DNA of 64,000 nt from Lepidodermella squamata (lineage: Eukaryota > Animalia > Gastrotricha): positions 744,001 through 808,000 of the forward strand of contig JBLDXI010000048.1 of assembly GCA_047495785.1 (NCBI GenBank), read 5' to 3'. A program made the translations under genes and the position numbers. The notes under the pieces are model-generated. The model was not told the DNA's origin. It saw only the letters and a list, made by a program, of their open reading frames with translations, and did not search any database. Below are positions 34,260-47,331 of the stretch, in pieces (the first letter of the stretch is position 1; every line of letters starts with the position of its first letter).

Positions 34260-36657
34260 TTCGATGCTATAGGACTAAAATCAAACGAGTAGAATATTAG
34301 GAAGCGAATCTACTTTAAACGTAGTAATTTTCGTGTAGATTGATTTTCGCTGTTGGCTAAACTTCTTAGTCAAATTTTCCACCGATCGAAGACGGAATCG
34401 ATCGGCCGCGAATTTGAAAAGATCGCGAAAATGACTGCGTTCACAGTGTTTATAGATATTAATGGGCATTAATTAGGGGTTTTGGAGAAATGCCATTCGT
34501 TTGACTTTGCCAGGGGCATGGATAATTAAAGGGGTGGTCACGCCAAGAAAGAAGAAGCTTTTGGTGATTCATTTTGACAGACATAAAAGTACCATGGTAG
34601 CGAATAAGATCTCTCTTTCTAATTTATCTTATTTAGAGGCCATTTTGAAAATCACACTCCTGGCCGCCATGGGTGTTAGTTTTCGGTTGAAGTGATAATG
34701 GAACAAATCACCATCAGCAAACAGTCTATCACAACTGCCTCCTAATCCTGCCCGATACTTAGCGATACGGCTAGGAGACCTCCGCGTCTTTGGGCTATTT
34801 GTATTGGGGCAAGGGACTTTTTGGAGTGTTAGATGGCACCCGCCCCCTCCCCACTGATGCTTTGCTTATTTAATGGAATCTCGATGGATTGCGGATCAAT
34901 AAACTACCATTCCGAAGCGGCGAAACTGGCTCAATACAGCAATAAAATTACCATAAGAAAATAAGCCTGAGCCAACATTTTTTATTTCCGAAAGTGAAAA
35001 TTAATGACCTAAAAAGATGCTTTCATGTCAGATCCTCGTAAATGTTGCGATGGATATCGGTATTTAACGTCGCGCTTCCTTATTTCTTTACATCCACCCA
35101 CAACTTCTTAGGATGTTTCCTTTCACATTCCCGAAATTTCGGGAAGCGAAGTAAGGGGAATGTAAAAGGAAAGAAAGCAAGAAGCAAATCAGAAGTATTG
35201 TGACAAAGCCTTTCTTGCTTCTAGGTTAGGGTCAGGGTTGGGGTCTTTTAAGAGATTTAACGCCGACGAGCGACGAGCTGTAAACTGGTCATTTGTGCGT
35301 GGCGAAATAAGCCGGGCATACCCACTAGCCCACAAGAGATTAAGAGAACTTCAGATTTCAGATCAGTGATGAAGTGATTGAAATCGAAAACCACGCGGGT
35401 TATTCCGATTTTCAACACGGTCACGGGGGACCAGAACTGGAAACCACATGTAGGAATTCTAATCACAATCACGTGGACCCCATAATTTAAACGGTTAATT
35501 ATAAGTTTTATTTTAGCAAAACAAATCAATTTTAACGAGGTAGCATCGATTCATTTATTTAATAGCTATTTTTCCCACGAGAGCGAAGCTTGACAATTAG
35601 TCATGGTAAAAATAACATGTCCTGAATTTGTGACACTAGAATGACATTATACTAATAAAGTCATCGTTAGATCGGTTTCGCTACTTCGCTAGGATATCTC
35701 ATCAGTAGCTGGAACCAGGTGATTTTCTACGTATTACCAGCCTAAAAATCGACTGCATATCGTCGCCGTGCATTTGAAAAGAGCCGCGCTATAGAAGGCG
35801 CTATATAGATAGGATATAGGAATGAAGAATAATAATTTGTATTTTCTCATATTCTCCATAGAGTACGTCGTGATCACTACGCTCTCTATGGTATTTGCTA
35901 TGCCGCAGAGTTCTAATTTCATTTTATTCTTCATAAAAAAATCTATAATGACATGTAATTAAAATTTGCAGCTCCTTTCAAACGCAAAGTGACAATATCC
36001 CAGATTAGGAAATTTCCACTGGAATCAACGGGATCTGGATTAATGCGAGCTGTTCGGGTTCCGATCTGCTGATATTGCTACATTCGATTTTGAAAAAATA
36101 CCGTCGGCGGCCTGGAAATGCAATGGATTTACATACCACAGAATTCAGCCATCGCATACTTACCACAACGACGGCACAAGTGAGGAACTTGTTCATCTTC
36201 TATTGAGAAATAACAAACGTTTTGATGAAAGAGAAGTCGAAAGTAAAATTGCAGCGAATTAGCTTGCGTTTTATAACCTCAATGGCATGTATTTTCACGT
36301 AAAATCGCGTGTAAACGAGCTCATAGTTGTTGGATCAGCCGCAATGCGTCCTTCGGTTTTTAAAGTTCAAATGACGAAAATGAAATGACGCAGAAGATGA
36401 CGATCAATTCTGTTATCATAATGCATATATTGAAGAAAAGGGATCTTGTTTACTTAAGAGATAGGAGAGAGATATCTGATCAAACTCTTGATAGCTCGTT
36501 TATTTTGTGAACATTGGTTATTATTAATAATTAGGAAAATGATTAAACTGACTCTTAAAGACTAGGCTATCAAAATGTTGCCAGGGTTGCCATTAAGTCA
36601 TAGATCAAATTTCGACAGCGTTGGAACCGAATATTTATTAGCGTGGCCAAGCAAGTT

Positions 36658-37630
36658 TCATTTTTTCGCCACAAGTTTCTCACTCAACTCCCACAGAGCT
36701 TTGGCCTTAACATCATCACGGGCTATTGCCCAGGTGGACTTCAAACTCTCATTGTCAAAATACAGCCCAGAATGCTTCTCGATACCAGGCTGGCATGCGC
36801 AATACAGGTTCGTCTTAGCTCCTTCTTCCACGGTCACAGCGCCCATAGTCAAGACGCGCATGACAAATGCACCACAGCCTTTTCGGTACCTCAGGAAATC
36901 GGTTCTGATGACGCCAGGGTGCAATGAGAACACAGAAACACCTGAGCTTGGCACATTGCCGGGCTCGCTGCCATTCAGTCTTCGATGGAGTTCTCTCGCA
37001 TGAAGAATATTCGCAAGTTTCGATTGGCTGTATGTTTGAAATCCGCCGTAAGACTTTTTTTCCTGTAGAGGATCTTCCACATCAAGCCCAGAAGGCCAAG
37101 TCAGCGTGTGAGCCGTAGATGACACAATGACCACCCGACTTGGTGCAGATTTTTTAATCAGGTCAAGCAGCAAGTTCGTCAAAAGGAAATGACCTGTGTT
37201 ACAAATGATGATTTGGCAGTTTCGAGATTAGGAATCACTTACCCAAATGGTTTGTAGCAAAAGTTAGCTCGTAGCCATCAGCACTCAGCTTCTTATCAGG
37301 CTGCTCAAGACCGGCATTATTAACCAAAACATGCAGAGCGGGTTCAGACGAATTGATTTCAGCAGCAAATTTGCGAACTGATTCTAGGGAAGATAGGTCG
37401 AGATGTTTGACGACCACTCGTTTCGATGCATCAGCTGAATTGAGTTTTGTTCTGATATCTGCTGCTGCGTCTTCAGCTGCTTGGAGGTTTCGACAGGCTA
37501 GGATTACTTTAGCTGCTCCTCGCTTGGCTAGTTCGTATGCTGTTACTTTGCCGATTCCCGTATTGGAACCGGTTACAATGCATACTTTACCTTCGACTGA
37601 CCAGTCGCTCATAGGAGATACAGATGGCAT
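36658..37630 (-). CDS. Short-chain dehydrogenase/reductase, retinol dehydrogenase 11-14-like, 2 exons (37630-37243, 37193-36658)
   Basis: TGSNTGIG, LDLSSLESV, NNAG, TNHLG|HFLLT, YSQSK, LHPG, LWELSEKL. Confidence 0.95.
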
Positions 37631-38379
37631 AAGAAATAGTGCTTTGAATTTCTAAAATTAATGTTGCATGAAGTGAATTAGGGATAGTTTATTACTGATA
37701 GAGTACACTTTTCGCTTGTTAAACAATTTTGCTATGAAGAAACACTATTTGAATGTGTGGGCAAAATTGCAGGTAGGTCAAAAATAAGAGGCATCTACTA
37801 CTCTTAAGGGATCCTCTGTCCGTCCATTATGAAAGGGGCAATTTTTCAGAAATTAGGTCATAAAAAGCACCGGTACGTTTCATGCGCATTTATATGTAAT
37901 ATGTAAAGGCTCTTTTCTGAGTCATGTGACAAGAGCGTATATTCTAATACATGATTAGGTTTATTTAACGATTTTTTTGCCGCTACGCATGCATTAAAGG
38001 GTAATAAATACGTGATTTCGCCAGTTTGATACTTACTAGCGATCGTTCAATATGCACTGCGGACTCTGGACGCGAACTATAAATAGACAAAACTCGAAAT
38101 AGGATTTCAAGATTTTTCCTAATCAATATTTTTTAGGAATTCTCATGCTAAATTATCCTTTCAAAGCAGAACTGAATGCACTTTCAGCAAGAAATTTCAG
38201 CATTTCACGAAAAGCTGCTTCGATATCGGATATATATGAATGCAAATTTTAATTATCCACCTTATTGAAACTTGGCTTCGCCTTGGTGTTCTGTCAGAGT
38301 TGACCGAATGCCTCAGATTTGCCGTTCTCATTAAAGGTTTAAGGGTTATTTAGTTAACATATATTATCACCTCTTAAAC

Positions 38380-38861
38380 CAGTGGATCTCAAACCCCGTT
38401 TTTCCGGCCGCATGCGGCCGGCAGAGGTCCGCCTATCTCTTGCATTGCGTGCGGCCGGACGGCTCTTATTTCGAGCTGCACATTTCCAGCAAAATTCGAC
38501 GGGAGGCGTGCGGCCGGGAAAGTCCTCTTTATCATTACAAGCGGCCGGTTGAGGGTTCAAGAGGCAATGAGGCCGGAAAGGTCATCTTAGTCTCGATATG
38601 CAGTGTCAAAGTCCAACTACTTGTTGCTGGGTTGGTCGCGATTGTGGGGCTGGTCGGGTTGGTGGTTGTGATTTTTTTTCACACCATGTTAATCAATTGA
38701 TAGAATCGCGTGCTGCCAAGCCCCATTGATCCCATTGATGCTATGATATCGACCATCGGAGCAAAACGTAGTTGGACTTTGACTCCGCAAAATCTGGCCT
38801 AAGATGGTCACCAGCCGGCCGCCATTTTTGACCGGGAGCGAAAATAGTTTGAGAATCACTG
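38380..38861. mobile_element. hAT-type MITE
   Basis: TIR CAGTGGATCTCAAAC / GTTTGAGAATCACTG; 8-bp TSD TCTTAAAC/TATTAAAC (1 mismatch); GCGGCCG subterminal repeats; nested internal inverted repeat. Confidence 0.88.
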
Positions 38862-39253
38862 TATTAAACCATTAAAAGTGTCCGATCATTTCCAGTTATC
38901 CTATGTATGTTGGCGCTTAAAGAATGTAGCTAGATTGGACGCTAGATAGCAACGTCAACACGGAAATATGTAAACTTGGTTTCCTTTATTTGCTTCGCAG
39001 AACTGAGAACACAAGCTTATATTAGAAAAGCTTATAAAGGTCGGTATTAGCGATCCATCTGTAGTACCAGTGTAAACCTCGTGGTCAGTATTGCCGCTGA
39101 TCTGAAATGCATTAAACTAATAGGAAAGTATCTGCTCTCATATACCATATAAACGATGGCTGAAAATCATCAATTGTCAAGAGTCGAGGGCAAAGTGTCA
39201 TTTTATGTCATTTCTCCAATGGCAGTTTGAACTTATTCAATCACCAATCGACC

Positions 39254-40201
39254 CTAACAGCTTCCTTTCTCCGTGAAAGGGAAATCGGGATGTTTGACAA
39301 TGTTTCCGATCTCAAAACCGACGCATCGTTCATTTTGGTCCATGGTCTTGATCTTAGCCATGTCTTCAGCACTCAACTCAAAGTCCCAAATATTGAAGTT
39401 ATCTGCGACACGCGCTGGGGTCGTACTTTTCGGGATAACAAAAATTCCTTGCTGGAAAAACCAACGAAGGATAACATGATTCGGCTTTTTGCCATATTTT
39501 GCTCCAATCTCGGTCAAAATCGGGTTGTTGAATACATCGAGCTGCTTTCGAGGCAGGATGTTGAACCCAGGGTTACCAAAAGGTGAATAAGCTGTGAAGC
39601 CGATGTCATGCTTCTCGCAAACTGCCCGAAGTTTGTCCTGCTGAAAAAACACGTGCATTTCACACTGGTTCATAGCTGGCTTGATCTTTGCAGCTTTCAC
39701 TAATCGCTCAACTTGAAGGATGTTAAAGTTCGAAACGCCAATGGAGCGCACCAGGCCGAGACCAACAGCTTCCTCCAGTTTAGCCCAAGTAGCTTCGAAG
39801 GTAAAATCGGTTTCGATTTCGATATTCCAATTAGCATCCATGCTGCGAACTGGTACCGGGAAATGGAGAAGGTAAAGGTCGATGTAGTTCGTCTTTAACT
39901 GCTCCAGCTGCTTCTTGATAGTGTCAATCACAACAGTGGGGTTGAAGTGTGTCGTCCATAACTTGGTGACAATGTACATGTCCTCGCGTTTGACGACTCC
40001 TTCCTTGTAGAGTTGCTCCAGAGTTTCGCCAATAACTCCCTCATTTTGGTAGTACTGAGCCGTATCAATATGGCGATAGCCAGCCTTTACTGCAGCAATT
40101 AGAGCGGTTTTCAGCTCATCAGCATTCGAGGCCAGATAGGTGCCATAACCAACCAGAGGGCATTCATAGCCGGAGTTCAGTTTTTTGGTTACTTTTGCCA
40201 T
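39254..40201 (-). CDS. Aldo-keto reductase, intronless CDS, 315 aa
   Basis: Full motifs; 3' flank similar to that of 31114; ends KGSC*. Confidence 0.96.
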   Translation of the reverse strand: MAKVTKKLNSGYECPLVGYGTYLASNADELKTALIAAVKAGYRHIDTAQYYQNEGVIGETLEQLYKEGVVKREDMYIVTKLWTTHFNPTVVIDTIKKQLEQLKTNYIDLYLLHFPVPVRSMDANWNIEIETDFTFEATWAKLEEAVGLGLVRSIGVSNFNILQVERLVKAAKIKPAMNQCEMHVFFQQDKLRAVCEKHDIGFTAYSPFGNPGFNILPRKQLDVFNNPILTEIGAKYGKKPNHVILRWFFQQGIFVIPKSTTPARVADNFNIWDFELSAEDMAKIKTMDQNERCVGFEIGNIVKHPDFPFTEKGSC

Positions 40202-40703
40202 TTTAATGGTGTGTTAACGGTAGTTCTAGAAGAAACTGAAAAAAAATAAAACCTTTGAGGTTAAGCTGATGGCTATGTAATTTTTTTACCTCTTCTATTT
40301 CACTGCCTGCTTTGCTCTAGTGTGCCGTGTGAATCAATAGTCTTCTATCGCGTGTTTCGTAATGCTATGAAAAAACCGCAAAACAAATAGTACCTGTAAA
40401 AAAGTGTGTGTAAACACGCCGCGCATTTTCTATGCTTGCTCGTTTGGTCAACATTTTGATGTAATACCGATCTGTGCCGGTGAAATAATAAATTGGATTT
40501 GAACAATAAAGCTGCCATATAAATTTGTGATTTATTAGAAACAAATTGATTCAATTAGAAACAAATCAGATGATCAGGTCAAACGAGACATTGGGATAAC
40601 AACTAAAGGTTAAAATTTAGCAATAGATTGCGTAACTGAAAAGCTTCTCTCCAAACAGTACATGCGATGTTTTGATCAAATATAGAGCATTAAACACTAG
40701 ATT

Positions 40704-42240
40704 TTACAATGTTTTTGTTCGAGGTAAGGCCAAAAACATGATCGTAGGAGTTAAAACAATGGCCGTAAGGTAGACCAGCCCGCAGATGCGATCGAAAGCA
40801 TTAGCTATTTGGCGCCATTGCTTTTTGTAATCTTCCTTCCTATCCTCACCACCTGTATGAATTTCGGTAGGAATACAGTGCAATTTGCTAGCGAATAGCA
40901 GTAACATTTTCGACGGAGGATCCTTGCCCGTTTTGCTCGCTATGAATACAACAAACGCTTGGCTTATCAGACCAATCAGACCGATGTAGGACATCTAAAC
41001 AAAGCGAATCGGTCTTTTTATGGTACAAGCAGCGGTTAGCGACAACATACCATCAATGTAATGTAGAGTGACAACAAGGGGATTCCTTCGCTAGACCTGT
41101 GATAAGAACGCAATTTTTCTAAAATAGGAGCTTAGAGGTATCAATACTTTGGTAATTCTGCCGATATCATGTTCTGGAAAAACAGAAATGAAAATTCGAT
41201 ATAGGAGTAATACTAATCTCGAGCTTACCAGAAAAACGGAATATGCCAGCAAACAGGTGAATGATATCTCTACCTTCGGAACCTCGTTTATCTGAAAAAA
41301 CGTACAATGGTGGCTAGGAAAGTATGTGGCAACAAAAAACAGCAATATCCTTTTAAAATGACTTACAGGTATAAGGAAAACAACTGATTCTACAGCTGCG
41401 ATTAAAAGGCTAGGAAAAATGATGTTGATGAAGTAGAAAAGCGGCCGCCGTTTGATCAACAAATTGTACTGCACATTTGAAAAAAGTCCGGGTTCAAATT
41501 CAATGTACGAATAGTTCGTTTTCATATCAACCAAGGCCCACAGGCCATTTTCAGAGTATATTTGGCTCTCTTTCATGATGGGCGGATCGCCCAGGACCAG
41601 AATTTGCTGATCAATGGTAGATTGCCATGGCAGAATGCTTATCGTGCAAATTTGATAGTCAAATGGGTAGTAGGTGAGATCTAGCTCGCAGGTCAATTCT
41701 AAATCACCCTGGGGGCAGTAAAGTGTCCTGCCGGTGTTGAACAATATGATACGTTGATCTTTTTCCAAGTTGGCATAGTTCCTGTGAACAATCGTTCGTA
41801 ATACCAATATAATTTCGTTATTGAAATCTTCTTACGCTGTAACTATGAAAATATCAGGCCGCCAAAGCATCTCGTTCGAAATTATCATGCTTCCCACGCA
41901 ATTGTAACTTGTGGAATGATTCCAAGCAAGGTAATGGTCGTACCACGCCTGTTGACGGGAAGAAATAAACGGAATCAGTATAGCCTCCTCTTAATCCCAC
42001 CTCGTAGATATAGACATCGAGTATCAGCGTGTTTTGTTGTTCAATAAACTGCTTGATTCCTAATACGTGGATCCTTAGGATTACTTCCACAGTATCCGAT
42101 GCCTTGCGCCGTGGCCTGGCTTGTGTCGAGTAGTTTTCGAATATCGTTTTGATAACATCAGCCTCAGAAACAGGACACTCTTTACTGGCAGCATTCACTA
42201 ACAAGATGCTGGATAAAGTCGTGACAAGTACGAAAATCAT
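40704..42240 (-). CDS. Divergent Cys-loop channel subunit 3 (7 exons)
   Basis: CELDLTYYPFDYQIC; M2 EVPKVEISFTCLLAYSVFL; conserved intron positions. Confidence 0.92.
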
Positions 42241-42643
42241 TGCTCTTTTCCTGTGATATTCTGTGGACTAATGGCTAGCTAATGTTCAGCGTCGTAGGCA
42301 GCGCTATAGCTGCGCCGGAACACACAAACATACGGCCAATAAATTTCAGGGTTGCATTTGTTTGAACAGACTGTTTAAACACACTTGCATAGATAAAAAG
42401 ATGCTGAAGATATGACATTCATGATCTAGCCCTGTTATGTGAACATAAAATCACGCGACCTTTGGAGCCTACATAAATGTCCAATTATGTCCATCCCGAC
42501 TTTTGGCACAACAAATGTGGAAAATTCGAAAGCGTTGATCAAATCAAATAAACAACTGGATAACAATAGAAAGTCAAAATTAAGCTACAGACTGCGAAAT
42601 TGAAAAGCACAGCCATGTCTTTATCAAAGATAGACACTTGCTT

Positions 42644-44173
42644 TCACAACGTTTTTGTTATTGGTAAGCCGATGAACATGATCAGAGGGGTCAAAACAAT
42701 AGCCACAAGGTAGATCAGGCCGAAAAAGCGATCGAAAGCTTTCGCTATTTCCCGCCATTGCTTTCGATGACCTTCCTTCCTCACCACGCTTACTTCGACC
42801 TTGGATGGGATACAGTGCAATTTGCTTGCTAAATGGAACAACATTTTCGGCGGAGGATTCTCGCCTGTTTTGCTCGCCATGACTACAACAAACGCTTGGC
42901 TTGCTAGACCAAGAAGGCCGATGTAGGACATCTAAACAAAGAGAAGGCGAGATTTTTATGGAACGAAAGGTTTTTCGGGAAAAATTATAAAATTACCATC
43001 AGGGTAATGTAGCGTGACAGCAGCGGGATACCTTCGCTAGACCTATGTAATCGAAATTCAATTCTTGTAAAATAGCTGATCAAAAGTACTTATCCTTACT
43101 TTGGTAATTCTGCCGAGATCATATTCTGGAAAAAAGGAATTATAATTCGGGTAATAAGAGTAACGAACTAACCAGAAAAACAGAATAGGCCAGTAAACAT
43201 GTGAATGATATCTCGATCTTCGGAACTTCATTTATCTGAAAGAAAATATGGTTGCTGACAGCTATAAATTCACTTAAAAATCAATTACAGGTATAAGGAA
43301 TACGACAGACTCTACAGCTGCGATCAAAAAGCTTGGGAAAATAATGTTGACGTAGTAGAAAAGCGGCCGCCTTTTGAGTAGCAGCTTGTACTGAATATTT
43401 GAAAACGGCCCAGTTTCATACTGAATGAGCGAATAGTTTGTTTTCATGTCAATCAAGGCCCACTCGCCGTTTTCAGAGTATATCTCGTTGTCTTTCATGA
43501 TAGGCGGATCACTCGGTACCAGAATTTGCTGTGCAACGTTAGAATACCAAGGCATGACGGCTATTGTACAAATTTGGTAGTCGAATGGATAGTAGGTGAG
43601 ATCTAACTGACAGGACAAGGTTAGACCGCCCTGGGGGCAGTACATTACCCTGCCGTTGCTGAATATAACCAAATGCTGATCTTTTTCCAAGTCCACATAG
43701 TTCCTGTGAGCAATTGTTTATATACGGCAGAAGGTTGGCTATTGAAACCTTACGCATTAACTACGAAAATATCAGGCCGCCAAACCATTTCGTTTGGAAT
43801 CCGAATGCCGCTCACGCAACTGTGGCTAACGGAATCATTCCACGTAAGATAGTGGTCGTACCAAATCTATTGGCTCGAAGAAATTAACCGTATTAGCATC
43901 GTATTACTTTTCCCCTACCTCGTAGATATAGACGTCGAGTATTAGCATGTTTTGCTGTTCAACAAACTCCTTGATTCCTAATATGTGGATGCGTAGGGAA
44001 ACTTCAACGGTTTCCGATGACTTGCGACGAGGCCTAGCTTGTGGTGTATAGTTTTCAAATACCATTTTGATAACATCAGCCTCAGATACAGGACACTCTT
44101 TACTGGCAGCATTCACTAACAAGATGCTAGATAAAGTCGTGACAAGTGCGAAAATCATTGCTCGTATGAACAT
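42644..44173 (-). CDS. Divergent Cys-loop channel subunit 4 (7 exons; start 44173 or 44158)
   Basis: CQLDLTYYPFDYQIC; M2 EVPKIEISFTCLLAYSVFL; tandem duplicate of subunit 3. Confidence 0.92.
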
Positions 44174-44820
44174 TTCTGTGGAAATGAATGATGGCTAGCT
44201 CATGTTCAGCGTCGCAGGCAGCGTTAGCAATATCGGAACAAACAAACTTGCTACCAATAAATTTTGCTTCACCGTTGAAATTAAAAATTAACGTTCTGTA
44301 AAAGTCGATCACCTTCTCTCCAGGAAAACAGCTCAACTTTGAATATAAGTGATCGATATTTTTTCAAAAATATCAGAACAAATTGCTTTCTGTTTATACG
44401 GATAACGGCTAACTATGCGCTGGTTTCCAAGACCCTAATTGCCAATAATTGAAAAGATTCAGTGATTAAACCTTGAACGTCACTTTAGCGGAGGAAATAT
44501 GCAGACTTTAGAACGTAAAGGCATTATGAAAATCGTTATCCTATTAACCAGGCCTTTAGCTCGCATTGGACTTTGCCTGACCTTATAAAAGTCCTGATAT
44601 GAAGTCCACTAAAAACGAGATAGTAACGCGTAAACCAGCTTTCACAGACCATTTTTTTAATGAATGCTTCATTTTTTTGCATTAGACTTGAATGAATGAC
44701 GACTCGAGCGTAACCGTATCTCATCGTGAACAATGATTTTAACAAACCCCTATTTTTCGGAATTCTCAAAATTGCTTGATTATTACTATACTTTATTTTA
44801 ATCCATGGTAGGCTATTGAA

Positions 44821-45774
44821 ATGTCCCAAATTTTGAAAAAATTGAATTCGGGCTACGACTGCCCAATGCTTGGCTACGGCACTTACATGGCCACAAATCC
44901 TGACGAGCTTAAAGCCGCAGTTAAAGCTGCAATCAAAGCCGGTTACCGCCACATTGATACAGCTCAAGGCTACGGCAATGAAGCCATTATCGGAGAAGCC
45001 TTGGCCGAAATCTACCATGAAGGAATTGTTAAGCGAGAAGATTTGTTCATTACTACCAAGCTATGGCTAAATCATTATCGGCCTGATTTGGTAATTGATC
45101 AAATCAAGCGGCAACTTGCCAGCTTGCAAACGACTTACATCGACCTGTATTTGCTTCACTTTCCTGTTCCTTTAAAATACGTCAACGAAAAGGAGCTGGT
45201 TACAATTGAAAATGGTAAAGTTGTCTTCGATATGGGCTTCACATTCGAGGCAACTTGGGCCAAGTTGGAGGAGGCGGTTGGTCTTGGCCTGCTACGCTCG
45301 ATTGGTGTTTCTAATTTCACCGCAGCCCAGCTGGAACGGTTGGTGAAAGTGGCTAAAATCAAGCCCGCGATGAACCAGTGTGAAATGCATCCGATTTTCC
45401 AACAGACCGAGCTGGTTGAGGCATGCCATAAGCACGGCATTGACTTCACAGCCTATTCTCCGTTTGGCAACCCAGGTCATCAGACTAAGAAGAAGCTGGG
45501 GCTTTTTGAAAATCCGATTCTGGTCGAAATCGGAGCAAAACACGGCAAATCGCCCGCTCAAGTTGTTTTGAGATGGATGGTTCAGCGTGGGGTTTTTGCT
45601 ATTCCGAAGAGTGTTACACCGGCAAGAATTGAACAAAACTTCGACATCTGGAATTTTGAACTCAGCGCGGATGATATGGCCAAGATCAAGACTTTGGACG
45701 AGAATTTGCGCTGCGATTGGTGGGACATGCCTGGCCTAAGCGAACATCCGGATTACCCCTTTGAAAAGAAGTAA
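44821..45774 (+). CDS. Aldo-keto reductase, intronless CDS, 317 aa (no terminal Cys)
   Basis: Full motifs; longer loop after HFPVP; ends PFEKK*. Confidence 0.96.
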   Translation: MSQILKKLNSGYDCPMLGYGTYMATNPDELKAAVKAAIKAGYRHIDTAQGYGNEAIIGEALAEIYHEGIVKREDLFITTKLWLNHYRPDLVIDQIKRQLASLQTTYIDLYLLHFPVPLKYVNEKELVTIENGKVVFDMGFTFEATWAKLEEAVGLGLLRSIGVSNFTAAQLERLVKVAKIKPAMNQCEMHPIFQQTELVEACHKHGIDFTAYSPFGNPGHQTKKKLGLFENPILVEIGAKHGKSPAQVVLRWMVQRGVFAIPKSVTPARIEQNFDIWNFELSADDMAKIKTLDENLRCDWWDMPGLSEHPDYPFEKK

Positions 45775-46110
45775 TAAATGACAAGAAAATCAAGCTTGTA
45801 GTTGATCATCAACAAAATAAATGAATACTTTGAATTATTAATTGTCTTTTGTTATACACTACGGATAATTAGCCCAATCGCTCATGACTGATGAACATTT
45901 TTTAATTGATTGCTTCCCGAATTCCGGTCTTAGATAGGTGGATTCAAAAAAATAATGATGCCTTATTTACGACTTCAAGTTGACAACTGAATTTAATCGT
46001 GAAATGTAACTTCTAGCTTCTAGCACTCAAAAACAAAGCTGATTATCATTAATTCCATTATCATTGAGGGAAATCAGTCTGCCACATCTGGTGATTCATT
46101 AATAGTCCTG

Positions 46111-47082
46111 TCAACAACTGCTCTTGCTGGTGAACGGGAAATCAGGATGCTCATTCAGCCCAGGATTCAAATCCCACCAGACACAACGCTCATCAACATC
46201 CATCGCCTTGATCTTGGCCATATCCTCAGCGCTCAGTTCAAAGTTCCAGATGTCGAAATTCTCGGCAACTCGAGCTGGCGTAACACTTTTCGGGATAGCG
46301 AAAATGCCAAGCTGGATCTGCCAACGAAGAATGACCTGGCCAGGCTTCTTGCCGTATTTAGCCCCGATTTCAATCAAATTAGGATTGTCGAAAACATTCA
46401 GCTGCTTGCGACCAGGTACCTTGAAACCAGGGTTCCCGAATGAAGAATAAGCCGTGAAATCGATTCCATACTTATGGCAGGCCTCGATGAGCTTGGTCTG
46501 TTGGAAAAACGGGTGCATTTCACACTGGTTCATAGCCGGCTTAATCTTCGCAGCCTTGACCAATCGCTCGATTTGGGCGACGTTAAAGTTCGAAACGCCA
46601 ATCGATCGAACGAGGCCGAGGCCAACAGCTTCCTCCAATTTAGCATAGGTCGCCTCGAACTTCAAATCAAGATTGACCGCAGCTTTACCATCTTTCATCG
46701 GGAATCCATTTTCGTGACTTTCAAACGTCAACGGGACTGGGAAATGCATCAGGTACAGGTCGATGTATGTCGTCCTAAGGGCGGCGAGTTGCTTCTTGAT
46801 TTGTTCAATCACAAGTTCCGGCTGAAAATGGCTGATCCACAGCTTTGTCGTGATGAACACGTCCTCTCGCTTGACAACGCCTTCCTTATAGAGATTGTCC
46901 AAAATTTCGCCAATCAGCCCTTCGTTTCCATAAGCCTGGGCGGTATCAATGTGGCGGTAACCGGATTTGATAGCCGCTGTTAAAGCAGTTCTCAACTCTT
47001 CAGGGTCTTTGGCTAGATAGGTTCCATAGCCTAGAGTTGGGCATTCATAGCCAGAGTTCAGCTTTTTGGTTAAGGAGGGCAT
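46111..47082 (-). CDS. Aldo-keto reductase, intronless CDS, 323 aa
   Basis: Full motifs; ends KSSC*. Confidence 0.96.
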   Translation of the reverse strand: MPSLTKKLNSGYECPTLGYGTYLAKDPEELRTALTAAIKSGYRHIDTAQAYGNEGLIGEILDNLYKEGVVKREDVFITTKLWISHFQPELVIEQIKKQLAALRTTYIDLYLMHFPVPLTFESHENGFPMKDGKAAVNLDLKFEATYAKLEEAVGLGLVRSIGVSNFNVAQIERLVKAAKIKPAMNQCEMHPFFQQTKLIEACHKYGIDFTAYSSFGNPGFKVPGRKQLNVFDNPNLIEIGAKYGKKPGQVILRWQIQLGIFAIPKSVTPARVAENFDIWNFELSAEDMAKIKAMDVDERCVWWDLNPGLNEHPDFPFTSKSSC

Positions 47083-47331
47083 TTTTTTGGAAAATTAATG
47101 ATGGATGAAAATACGGATAATAAAGAACAATTTATAGTAAAATTAATTGATAACGCTATCAGCAAAATTTAATCAGCTGCCTCTTTGATAAGCACAATGC
47201 CCATAGAGAAAATTCCAGAAAATTGTTTATCATTTATTTTCAATTAATTAATTTCATTTTTCATCAGCTCAATTTCTATTTTATTGAAGAGCAATGAGGT
47301 TAGGACTAGAATTTAATTTCACAATTTTTAT

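Noticed and set aside
35222-35245. Interstitial telomere (TTAGGG-like)
   Set aside because: Only one perfect unit plus degenerate ones.
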